Source of the DNA: Candidatus Methylomirabilales bacterium | Lineage (GTDB): Bacteria; Methylomirabilota; Methylomirabilia; Methylomirabilales; CSP1-5 | Direction of reading: 5' to 3' | Length of the DNA: 45,470 nt | NCBI GenBank assembly: GCA_046758505.1 | Contig: JBHIAH010000016.1 | Coordinates: 1 to 45,470, forward strand | In this document: in pieces, positions 8,115 through 16,612 of the stretch | How the letters are laid out: every line of letters starts with the position of its first letter | Numbering within the stretch: the stretch's first letter is position 1 | The notes under the pieces: model-generated | What the model was told of the DNA's origin: nothing | Databases searched by the model: none | The model's input: only the letters and a program-made list of their open reading frames with translations | Translations under genes and position numbers: made by a program

Positions 8115-9791
8115 ATGAAGATTTCCCTCTGGCCCGTATCCGGGGCGAAGAAGGGCAACGACACCAAGGCGCGGAGCAAGCCGACGAGCCTCCCCCCCTA
8201 CCGGTATCGCCTTTCCCCGATGGGGCAACTCTTTCGAGTCTCGGAGGGGCGCCCGCTCATTCTCCAGGTCTCGGGCGTCCTGCTGGTGTTGGCTGTCGGC
8301 GCGATCGTCGCCTCTTATCGCCCCCTCCTCGTGGATCTCGTTTCGGCCCTCGCGATCCTCCTCTTTGTCCTTTTCGTGCTCGGCACCCTCTACTATTATC
8401 TCCAGTTCCTCGAGACGCGGCCGGTGATGTCGCCGAAGCACCTCTACCTCTTGGGGACGGTGATCCTCCTGGCCATCGTGATCAACCGCTTCCTCCTCGT
8501 CATCCTCCAGTCCTTAAGCCAGAGTTTTCCCTCCATTCCCATCCACTCTTTTTACTATACCATTCCGGTGGCGCTCGGCAGTGTACTACTCACCGTCCTC
8601 TTCAATGCCCGGACGGCCTTTGGAGGAGCCGTCGCCCTGGCCATTCTCACGACGGTGCTGGTGACGGATGAGGTAACCTTCCTCCTCTTTGGGCTGGTCG
8701 GGGCCATCGTCGGTGCCTTCACCATCTGGCGGACCCAGGACCGAACCACCTTCTTCAAGGCGGGCTTCTGGGTGGCCGCGGCCAGTGTGTCGACCATTAT
8801 TGTCTTTGTCCCGATCTACGGGTGGTCGGCACGAGCGCTCCCGTATGATCTGGGAGCCTGTGTCGTGAACGGCGTGTTGGTCGCCCTCTTTGCCTCGACA
8901 CTCCTCCCCGTGCTGGAGTATCTCTTTGAGACCACCACCGATCTGAAACTCCTCGAGCTCTCGAACCTGAACCGGCCCCTCTTGAAGCAGCTCATGAAGA
9001 CGGCTCCCGGGACCTATCACCATAGCCTGATGATGGGGGAGCTGGCGGAGGCGGCATCCGAGGCCGTCGGCGCCAATCCTCTCTTGTGTCGGGTGGGCGC
9101 GTACTATCACGACATCGGCAAGGTGAAGAAGCCAGCCTACTTCATCGAAAATCAGATGGACGCCATGAACAGGCACGACAAGCTTTCCCCAAGTTTGAGC
9201 AGTCTCATCGTCATCTCCCACGTCAAGGATGGAATCGAGATGGCCCTGGAGCACCGGCTGCCGCCTGCCATCGTGGACCTGATCCCCCAGCACCACGGCA
9301 CGCGCCTGGTCACCTATTTCTATGAAAAAGCCAAAGAGTCGCAGGATCCCGACCTCGGTGAGGTGAAGGAAGAGGATTACCGGTACCCGGGCCCCAAGCC
9401 TCAAACCAGGGAGGCGGCGATCCTGATGCTGGCCGATGCGGTTGACGCGGCCGCACGGACGCTCACCGACCCGACGCCGGCCCGGGTCCAGGGACTGGTC
9501 CAGCGGATCGTGAACAGCGTCTTTACCGAGGGGCAACTGTCCGAGTGCGACCTCACCTTGAAAGACCTGCACCAGATTGCGAGGGCCTTTGTCCGTGTCC
9601 TCACCGCTGTCCACCACCACCGTGTGGACTATCCGGGATATCGATTCGAAGAAGACAAGAAGAAGGAGGGAGAGAAGAAGGGGGATGGGGATACAGGTCC
9701 GAAACCGGCAAAGGAGGAGGCGGGTCGGCCTGTCACGGCTCACAAGGGTGGGGGAGAGGGCATTATCCGCCTTGGGCAGACCGAAGAGTGA
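8115..9791 (+). CDS. Membrane HDIG phosphohydrolase (7TM-HD, PgpH/YqfF-like putative c-di-AMP phosphodiesterase)
   Basis: Several TM helices followed by APGTYHHS, YYHDIGK, QHHGT, YPGPKP and MLADAVDAA; typical phoH-HD-ybeY gene order. Start codon inferred. Confidence 0.88.
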   Translation: MKISLWPVSGAKKGNDTKARSKPTSLPPYRYRLSPMGQLFRVSEGRPLILQVSGVLLVLAVGAIVASYRPLLVDLVSALAILLFVLFVLGTLYYYLQFLETRPVMSPKHLYLLGTVILLAIVINRFLLVILQSLSQSFPSIPIHSFYYTIPVALGSVLLTVLFNARTAFGGAVALAILTTVLVTDEVTFLLFGLVGAIVGAFTIWRTQDRTTFFKAGFWVAAASVSTIIVFVPIYGWSARALPYDLGACVVNGVLVALFASTLLPVLEYLFETTTDLKLLELSNLNRPLLKQLMKTAPGTYHHSLMMGELAEAASEAVGANPLLCRVGAYYHDIGKVKKPAYFIENQMDAMNRHDKLSPSLSSLIVISHVKDGIEMALEHRLPPAIVDLIPQHHGTRLVTYFYEKAKESQDPDLGEVKEEDYRYPGPKPQTREAAILMLADAVDAAARTLTDPTPARVQGLVQRIVNSVFTEGQLSECDLTLKDLHQIARAFVRVLTAVHHHRVDYPGYRFEEDKKKEGEKKGDGDTGPKPAKEEAGRPVTAHKGGGEGIIRLGQTEE

Positions 9792-10125
9792 GGTCTCGGT
9801 ACTCCTCGTCGGTGATCGGGCCATCCGGCGTCTCAATCGGACGTACCTCAGCCGCGACCATCCCACCGATGTCCTGGCGTTTCCACAACAGCAGGGTTTC
9901 CCATCGCCGCACCCACATCTCCTCGGCGATGTGGTCATTTCGGTGGAGACCGCGCTGCGCCAGGCCAAAGCGCACGGCCATTCCCTCGCTCAGGAAATCA
10001 CCCTCCTGCTGATCCATGGCATCCTCCATCTCCTCGGCTACAACGACAGGACCCCCGCGGCCCGTCGTCGGATGTGGGCCGAACAGGCTCGGCTTCTTGC
10101 GATTGCCGGGAGGGGACGATCCTGA
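9685..10125 (+). CDS. ybeY: rRNA maturation endoribonuclease YbeY
   Basis: LNRTY, DHPTDVLAF, LLGDVVIS and HGILHLLGY motifs; overlaps the HDIG gene by 107 nt. Confidence 0.92.
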   Translation: MGIQVRNRQRRRRVGLSRLTRVGERALSALGRPKSEVSVLLVGDRAIRRLNRTYLSRDHPTDVLAFPQQQGFPSPHPHLLGDVVISVETALRQAKAHGHSLAQEITLLLIHGILHLLGYNDRTPAARRRMWAEQARLLAIAGRGRS

Positions 10126-10133
10126 GCACAGCC

Positions 10134-10566
10134 TCAACATGTCTTGTCCGCCTGATCGTAGTTCACGCCCGTATTGATTGACCAACTTCTCTCCTCTCCC
10201 GGGGCTTCCGAGGGATGAGGCGGATACCCTGCGGCGTCGGCAGCCGCGTGAAACTCAGGAGCGGCCGCCATCCACGAAACAGGAGGCCGGCGAGCGCCGA
10301 CTCGTATCGGGTTCCGAGGAGCCTCAGGGAGAGCAGCGCCAACCGCTTGCCCAGTCCGGTCTGCAGGACCCCTTCGCCGAGCAAGAGACTGGCGAAAACC
10401 AGCCAAAAGGCGCCACTCGTCAGCCCCGACAGCGCCGTGGTGGGGCCTGCCGCCCCCATCCCCGCTGCCCTTGAGGCAGAAGTCCGGCGATCGGGATGAA
10501 CCGGAGGAGGAGGGGGATGGCGACCCCGATAATTCCGCGGGTCAGTTTGTGTGTGGAAATGGCCAT
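10134..10566 (-). pseudogene. Fragmented DASS/SLC13-family anion transporter remnant
   Basis: MAISTHKLTRGIIGVAIPLLLRFIP, then a frame change to ALSGLTSGAFWLVFASLLLGEGVLQTGLGKRLAL (DASS TM motif); truncated. Confidence 0.65.
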
Positions 10567-10893
10567 CCTCGTACGTCCCCGTGAATGTGGCGGAGGGCAG
10601 GAATCACGGCACGGCACCGCATCTGAGCTGCGTTATCAAGGCCCGTAGGGGCTCCCACGCCTGCCCAACCCGTTGGGCAACAGTGGAGGGACGTGGGGAT
10701 GAGCGCCTGTGAAGGGACACGTCCATTGTCATGCTCGTGTCGCTCGGGTACGCTCTGCCGTCTCCGGGGCGAGAAAAGCCCCTTGATCCGGGCCCCGGCA
10801 AGGAGACGGGCCTCTCTTCGACCCCAGCGTGGAAGGCCGGTATCGCCCGGTCGGGGCGTGGCAGGAATGACCCCGGGGGACCGCCTCGGGCGC

Positions 10894-10922
10894 TTGACAC
10901 CCATAGGCGCGTGGGGGATACT
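10894..10922 (+). promoter_or_regulatory. Possible sigma-70 promoter of the two-component operon
   Basis: TTGACA-17 nt-GATACT. Confidence 0.6.
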
Positions 10923-11015
10923 TTAGGCCCCCACAGGGGAAAGCGCGGGTTCCCGGCGAGGTCCAGGGGGAACGAACGCAGCACAGAGGAATCTTGCCGA
11001 GATCGGGGAGGGGCG

Positions 11016-12368
11016 ATGCGACATCGGATCTTGGTTGCCGACGATGAGGGATCTTCCCGGAAGGGGTTGAAGGCGCTCCTGACAAACTGGGGCTACGAGG
11101 TCGAAGAGGCTTCAGACGGGGAGGAAGCCTTACAGCGGGCCGTCGCCTTCCTCCCCGCCGTCGTGGTGGCCGATCTCGTCATGCCGCGCCTCGACGGGCT
11201 CGGTCTCCTGAAGGCCATTCAGGAAGAGTTGCCCTTCGCCGCGGTCATGATTCTCACGGGCCATGGCACCATCGAAACAGCCGTCGCCGCCATGAAGCAG
11301 GGGGCCTACGATTACCTGACAAAGCCGGTGGACGTTCCACGGCTCAAGGTTCTGATCCAGAAGGCTCTGGAGAAGGGAGACGCGCTCCGCGAGGTCACCC
11401 TTCTTCGGCGGCGACTGAAAGAGGTCTGGGGATACGGGAAGCTGGTGGGGAAGGGAAAAGCCATGCAGGAGGTGTACCGACTCATCGACCTCGCGGCCCC
11501 GACGTCTGCCCCTGTTTTGGTCTCAGGAGAGAGCGGGACGGGCAAGGAGCTGGTTGCGCACATCCTCCACGAGCTCTCGCCCCGAAGCCAGAGAGCCTTC
11601 GTTGCCGTGAACTGCTCGGCCATTCCGGAGACGCTCTTGGAGAGCGAGATCTTCGGTCATGAAAGAGGGGCATTCACCGGTGCGATGGAGCGGAGGGTTG
11701 GCTGTTTTGAGCTGGCCCATGAAGGAACGATCTTCCTGGATGAGATTGCCGAGATGAGCCCTTCGACCCAAGCGAAGTTTCTGAGGATCCTTGAGGACGG
11801 GACAGTGAGGCGTCTCGGGGGGAAGGCGGAGATCAAGGTGGATGCGCGGGTCCTGGCTGCGACCAACAAAGATCCGGTAAAGGCGATGAAAGACGGGGCC
11901 TTGAGGGAGGATCTGTACTACCGCTTGAACGTCTTTAGCCTGTCCCTCCCCCCTCTGAGGGAGCGGAAGGAGGACATTCCCTTGCTCCTCCAGGCGTTCA
12001 TCGAGGAGATGAACACCAAGTACGAGAAACGGATCAGATCGGTCGATGAAGCCGGTCTGCGCACCCTGGTACGGTATCCGTGGCCGGGGAACGTCAGAGA
12101 GTTACGGAATACGATCGAACGGGCGATCATCGCCTGCGAATCTGATCTCATTACCTCGAAACACCTCCCTCCAGGCCTCGCGAGCAAGGCGCGGGAGGAG
12201 AGCCACGAGTCCGTCACCATCGCCCTCGGGATCACCCTGGAGAAAGCGGAGAAGGATCTCATCCTCAGAACCCTCGCCTCGGTGAACAATAACAAGACGA
12301 AAACTGCCGAGATCTTGGGGATCAGCCTGAAGACACTCCACAACAAGCTGCGTCGATACGGTGTATAG
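11016..12368 (+). CDS. Sigma-54-dependent response regulator (NtrC/AtoC family: REC-AAA+-HTH)
   Basis: ILVADDE receiver, GESGTGKE, GAFTGA, FLDEI, WPGNVREL and C-terminal Fis-type HTH. Confidence 0.96.
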   Translation: MRHRILVADDEGSSRKGLKALLTNWGYEVEEASDGEEALQRAVAFLPAVVVADLVMPRLDGLGLLKAIQEELPFAAVMILTGHGTIETAVAAMKQGAYDYLTKPVDVPRLKVLIQKALEKGDALREVTLLRRRLKEVWGYGKLVGKGKAMQEVYRLIDLAAPTSAPVLVSGESGTGKELVAHILHELSPRSQRAFVAVNCSAIPETLLESEIFGHERGAFTGAMERRVGCFELAHEGTIFLDEIAEMSPSTQAKFLRILEDGTVRRLGGKAEIKVDARVLAATNKDPVKAMKDGALREDLYYRLNVFSLSLPPLRERKEDIPLLLQAFIEEMNTKYEKRIRSVDEAGLRTLVRYPWPGNVRELRNTIERAIIACESDLITSKHLPPGLASKAREESHESVTIALGITLEKAEKDLILRTLASVNNNKTKTAEILGISLKTLHNKLRRYGV

Positions 12369-12369
12369 G

Positions 12370-14172
12370 ATGCGGTTCGGCATCAAAGGAAAAGAGGCGG
12401 TGGCCATCACTCTCTTGACCCTCCTGGTGGTGGCCACCACCACGTTCATCCACCTGTCCCAGTTGAGCAGGGTCGTCGTCCAGGAGGCGTTGCGGCAGGC
12501 TGAGCTGATTGCCAAGCAGATCTACGCGCAAAGTAGCCGCTCCCTTGCCCAAGCCCGGGGCGCAACTCCCTCGGCGGTCCTGAGGAACGATCGAGAGCTG
12601 CGGAGCCTCCTCGATGCCAGTGTCGGCTACTCGCCCCACCTCCTCTACGCGTTGATCGCCGACCAGAAGGGAAGGATGATCTTCCACAGTCAGCGAGAAA
12701 AGGAGGGTCTGCGCGCGCCCGAGAGGCCGAGCCTCCGACGGATCCTTTCCCTGGACCCCATCGGCCGCTTCCAGGCCCTGTACCAAGAGGGAAAAATTTA
12801 CGAGGCCACGCTCCCCCTGAACCTCAACAACAAGCCCTTTGGAAGCATCCGGCTTGGGATCGCCACGAGCCTGTTACGAAGAGAGCTGAACGCCTCGGTG
12901 CGAAAAAGCCTCGCCCTTGCTGGGCTTGCCTTGCCCGTGGCCTGGCTCGTTGCAATGGGTCTCGGCACCCTGATCTTGAAGCCGATTCGCAAGCTCACCC
13001 AGGAAATGGACCGCCTCGGGCGCGGTGACTTCGAGATTGCGAGCCACCGGGGCCGGGGGGACGAGATTGGCGAATTGACCTCCCAGCTCCAGTTCCTCGG
13101 CCAGCAGCTTCAGGCGGACCGCCTGAGGATGCTGAGCGAGAAGGCTCAACTGCAGCAAGTCGTCGATCACCTGGAGGACGGGATCATCCTCTTTACCCAG
13201 GACCGGCGTGTCCTCTTCTTCAACAAGGCTGCCGAGGGCGTTGTGGGGAAACCCTTGGAGGTTGTCGTGGGATGGCCGTGGGAAGACATGCTGGAGGGAT
13301 CACATCCCCTCCGCCCGTTGCTGGAACACGCCTTCGAGCAGCAGGCCGGCTTTCGCAATGCCGCCTTCGCACTCCCCCGCGATGGAGGCCTGAAGGAGTT
13401 TCTCGTCTCGGTTTTCCTCGTGACGGATGCCCGCCAGGCGATGGGAGCCATGGTGGTGGTAAAGGACCTCGAGTCGATCAAGACCCTCCAGTCCCTGATC
13501 AGCTACTCCGCCAAACTGACTGCGCTTGGCAGGCTCACGTCCGGGGTCGCCCACGAAGTGAAGAATCCGCTCAACGCCATGATGATCCACCTTGAACTGT
13601 TGAAGGAGAAGCTTGACGTTCCTGCCGAGGAGGTGCAGCAGAGCCTGGAGGTCATCGGGAGCGAAATCCGGCGGTTGGATCGGGTGGTTCAGGGGTTTTT
13701 GCGATTTATCCGGCCTGAGGAGCTCAGCCTGAAGCTGCTGGACCTGAACGCCATTCTGAAGGACGTGGTAGCCCTCCTCGAGACCGAGTGGCAGAAAGAG
13801 GGCATCCGCTTTGTCTTCCGGTTCGATCCCACGCTTCCCCTGATGGCTGCCGATGAGGAGCTGCTCCGGCAGGCCTTCCTGAACATCCTGCTGAATGCCT
13901 GTCAGGCCATGCCGACCGCAGGGACTGTCAGCATTGTGACGGAACGGGGAGAGGGGGACTTCATCAAGGTAAGCATCGCCGACACCGGGGTCGGAATCCC
14001 GCCTGAGGACCTGGACAAAATCTTTCAACTCTATTACACGACGAAGCCCGGAGGAAGCGGTATCGGCCTGTCCTTGGTGTACCGTGTCGTTCAGATGCAC
14101 GATGGCTTCATCGAGGCCTCGTCTGAGGTCGGCCAGGGGACAACGATGATCGTCCGCCTTCCCGTCAGCTAG
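12370..14172 (+). CDS. Sensor histidine kinase (2 TM, HAMP, PAS, HisKA, HATPase)
   Basis: AHEVKNPL H-box, NILLNACQA N-box, DTGVGI and GSGIGL boxes. Confidence 0.95.
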   Translation: MRFGIKGKEAVAITLLTLLVVATTTFIHLSQLSRVVVQEALRQAELIAKQIYAQSSRSLAQARGATPSAVLRNDRELRSLLDASVGYSPHLLYALIADQKGRMIFHSQREKEGLRAPERPSLRRILSLDPIGRFQALYQEGKIYEATLPLNLNNKPFGSIRLGIATSLLRRELNASVRKSLALAGLALPVAWLVAMGLGTLILKPIRKLTQEMDRLGRGDFEIASHRGRGDEIGELTSQLQFLGQQLQADRLRMLSEKAQLQQVVDHLEDGIILFTQDRRVLFFNKAAEGVVGKPLEVVVGWPWEDMLEGSHPLRPLLEHAFEQQAGFRNAAFALPRDGGLKEFLVSVFLVTDARQAMGAMVVVKDLESIKTLQSLISYSAKLTALGRLTSGVAHEVKNPLNAMMIHLELLKEKLDVPAEEVQQSLEVIGSEIRRLDRVVQGFLRFIRPEELSLKLLDLNAILKDVVALLETEWQKEGIRFVFRFDPTLPLMAADEELLRQAFLNILLNACQAMPTAGTVSIVTERGEGDFIKVSIADTGVGIPPEDLDKIFQLYYTTKPGGSGIGLSLVYRVVQMHDGFIEASSEVGQGTTMIVRLPVS

Positions 14173-14240
14173 TTCCGTTCTCCGCGTGGCAGAGAAGGTT
14201 GCCTTGGGGCAAGCCGAGAGACGCTAGAGAGCCGGCCGGG

Positions 14241-14639
14241 ATGAGACCGCTTTGCTATCTGATCCTCGTTACAGCCATCATGGCAGGCTGTGCCAAGCCG
14301 AAGGCCGTGGTGGTCCCGCCTCGGCCGGCTCCCTCTCGGCCGCACCGCATGAAGGAGAAACCGCCTTCCCCTCCTCGCAAGCTCTCGCCACGGGTGGGGC
14401 GCGAGGAAGAGCATCAGCTGAAGCAGAAGGCCGAGACCAGAATCGAAGAGGCCGAAAACCTGTTTGAACGCATCGATCAGAAAAAGTTAGACAAGGATCA
14501 GCGGGAGATCTTTTCGACCGTTCGGAGCTTCCTGTCAAAGGCGAAAGCGGCTCTTTCGATCAGGGACTTCTTACGGGCCTTGAATCTCGCAGATAAGGCT
14601 CGCATCCTGGCCGAGGAACTGTCACACACCGTGAGATGA
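14241..14639 (+). CDS. Hypothetical lipoprotein (Pro-rich linker plus helical bundle)
   Basis: Signal peptide with lipobox MAGC; directly follows the kinase. Confidence 0.75.
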   Translation: MRPLCYLILVTAIMAGCAKPKAVVVPPRPAPSRPHRMKEKPPSPPRKLSPRVGREEEHQLKQKAETRIEEAENLFERIDQKKLDKDQREIFSTVRSFLSKAKAALSIRDFLRALNLADKARILAEELSHTVR

Positions 14640-14720
14640 CACACGCGCATCCTCCACCCGCTCCAGTGGTGCCTTGGGGTCGCTCCCCGCGTATCAGATC
14701 TTCGGTATTGCCCCTTTCGT

Positions 14721-14760
14721 CCCATGTAATCCTTACATCGCCCATGTAGTTCTTACATGT
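14721..14760. promoter_or_regulatory. Tandem palindromic upstream activator sequence
   Basis: ATGTAAtccTTACAT (14724-14738) and ATGTAgttcTTACAT (14744-14758), 20-nt period. Confidence 0.7.
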
Positions 14761-14870
14761 ATCCTTCCTCAGGGACGCCCCGCTTCTCCTCAGCCCGGTG
14801 AGGGGGGGGTCTGATCACAACCGGAGGAAAACAGAAAGATTCCCCGCCCCGACGGTACACCTCCCCCCAC

Positions 14871-14886
14871 TTGGCATGGACCCTGC
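14871..14886 (+). promoter_or_regulatory. Sigma-54 promoter
   Basis: TTGGCATGGACCCTGC, GG-N10-GC. Confidence 0.75.
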
Positions 14887-15223
14887 CTTGTCCCTTTCGA
14901 GAGGATTGTGCCTGGGAGTCTGGTCCGGAGGGGTTGCGTTATGGCGGCAGACCCAGGGGGGCTGGCGCGTGGATCCATCTCTCGGTCGTACGCTGGACTC
15001 TCATGCTCCATGAGTCAGGGTGTACGGCCGGATCGCTCGAGGGAGTGAAGGGTTCCACCGGCACGCCGACCTGCGAGTATACGCATGTGGGGTTGCCTCC
15101 AATGGGCTCCAGAAGATCACTGGGGCAATCGCTGTGGCCATGGGTGGGGAAATCGGCGCCACCCGGTTCTACCATGGCGTCGGCAGGCGGTATCGGCCTG
15201 AAGGCATCGTTCGGAAAGGGGAA

Positions 15224-15724
15224 ATGAGGAAAAGGCGGTTAGCCCCCGTACAGCCTGGTGGAGCGAAACGAATCCTTCCGCGCAGGCTGCATGCTGGAGA
15301 CACACCGCAGCACGGGAAGCAGCATCCCGAGGCAGCAACCGTCCAGAAGAAAATTCTTGTGGTGGATGATGAGCGGCACAGCCGGGAGGGGCTCAGGGTT
15401 TCGCTCCTCGGTGCAGGGCATATTGTCGAGACGGCCGCAGATAGCTGGCAGGCCATCAAGAAGATCAAGGAGTATCCTTTCGAGGTCGCCATCATCGACC
15501 TCGACCTTCCTCCGGTTCACGGCGTGGCCCTGAGTGGGTGGGATCTCGTGCGCATCGTCCGGGCGTTCAATCCAGCAAGTGCCATCGTCGTGGTGGGCGC
15601 GGAAGAAACGAGAGATATGAAGGCTTACGCAGAGCAACTGGAGGTGTCGGCGTTTCTCGAGAAGCCGATTAGTCCCGCGCGGTTAAAGGCGATCGTGCGC
15701 GTGCTGAGGCCAGATGCAGGGTAG
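15224..15724 (+). CDS. Single-domain response regulator with an N-terminal extension
   Basis: KILVVDDE, AIIDLDLP and LEKP motifs; start uncertain (ORF open from 15020). Confidence 0.85.
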   Translation: MRKRRLAPVQPGGAKRILPRRLHAGDTPQHGKQHPEAATVQKKILVVDDERHSREGLRVSLLGAGHIVETAADSWQAIKKIKEYPFEVAIIDLDLPPVHGVALSGWDLVRIVRAFNPASAIVVVGAEETRDMKAYAEQLEVSAFLEKPISPARLKAIVRVLRPDAG

Positions 15725-15786
15725 GGTGCCGTGGAGATCCGCGTGAGCAGGGGGGGTCAGCGCGCTCCTGGTCCTCCTGGGCTCGC

Positions 15787-16611
15787 GTGATGCCAGGCTG
15801 GCCGGGGTGGCCCCGACGAGTCGGGGCATGGGACGGCGGCGCGGGGGACCGGCGGACCTGGTCGGGGGTGAATGGTGAGAAAGCGGGAACGACCGTGCAT
15901 CAACGCGTAGACCATGCCGCAACCCGCCAACACCCCCGGTTCCCGCTTCGGATGCCGGTCCTCTGCGAGAGCCCGGCGATCCCCGGCTACCGGGCCCTCG
16001 GCCTCACGTGGAATGTGAGCCGGGGTGGGCTGCTGCTCGAGGTCCCGCAGCCGCTGTCCCCGGGCACTCCCGCGGATCTCCTGTTGCTTACCTGGAGCCA
16101 GAACGCCCGGGCCGAGGCGGCGGCGGTCTGGGCTGCTGAGAGTCCCCCCTCCCGGATGGGTCTGCGGTTCACGAAGCTGACCGGGACCGACCGCGTCGCC
16201 TGGGAGCGGCTCCTGGCTTTCCAGGCGGGCCCGACGCCGCGAACGTCGATCCGCATTCCGATCGCCCTGGAGGTCACCTGCCGGATCCCCCCGGGTACGT
16301 GGCTGCCGGGTCAGGCTGAGAATCTCAGTGACGGCGGCTTGCTGCTCGTCCTCCCCCGGGTTATCGCCGGGCGGACGCGGGTCACGGTGCGGGTTCCGCC
16401 GTTGCTCGCGTTCCCCTCGGTGGAGGCGGAGATGGATGTGGTGTGGACCCGGAGCGCTCCCAGGGGGCACGGCGTGCTCCACGGCCTCCGCTTCTGCTGG
16501 GACGACATCAGCAAGGAGCTCTTCCTCATTGGCGTTCTCCTTCGGCAGTTCGTCGACTCGGATGCCACGACACCGGGCAGGAAAGGGGAAGGTGCCCATC
16601 CGGTGGTCTAG
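15787..16611 (+). CDS. Tandem PilZ-domain protein
   Basis: RQHPR/NVSRGG and RTSIR/NLSDGG motif sets; true start probably downstream of 15787. Confidence 0.85.
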   Translation: MMPGWPGWPRRVGAWDGGAGDRRTWSGVNGEKAGTTVHQRVDHAATRQHPRFPLRMPVLCESPAIPGYRALGLTWNVSRGGLLLEVPQPLSPGTPADLLLLTWSQNARAEAAAVWAAESPPSRMGLRFTKLTGTDRVAWERLLAFQAGPTPRTSIRIPIALEVTCRIPPGTWLPGQAENLSDGGLLLVLPRVIAGRTRVTVRVPPLLAFPSVEAEMDVVWTRSAPRGHGVLHGLRFCWDDISKELFLIGVLLRQFVDSDATTPGRKGEGAHPVV

Positions 16612-16612
16612 G

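Noticed and set aside
2579..9968. Long minus-strand ORFs (2579-4534, 4957-6438, 6964-7911, 8586-9968) and similar ones elsewhere
   Set aside because: Antisense shadows of well-supported genes in high-GC DNA, with no recognisable motifs.
10588..10596. TGGCGGAGG matching the selC 3' end as a possible att duplicate
   Set aside because: Only 9 nt, with core genes in between and no integrase.
10731..11015. Long N-terminal extensions in the ORF track (NtrC regulator, glpX, era, DHOR, HDIG, PilZ at 41419)
   Set aside because: Family homology begins at downstream starts, usually with an RBS; several extensions run across predicted promoters or upstream genes.
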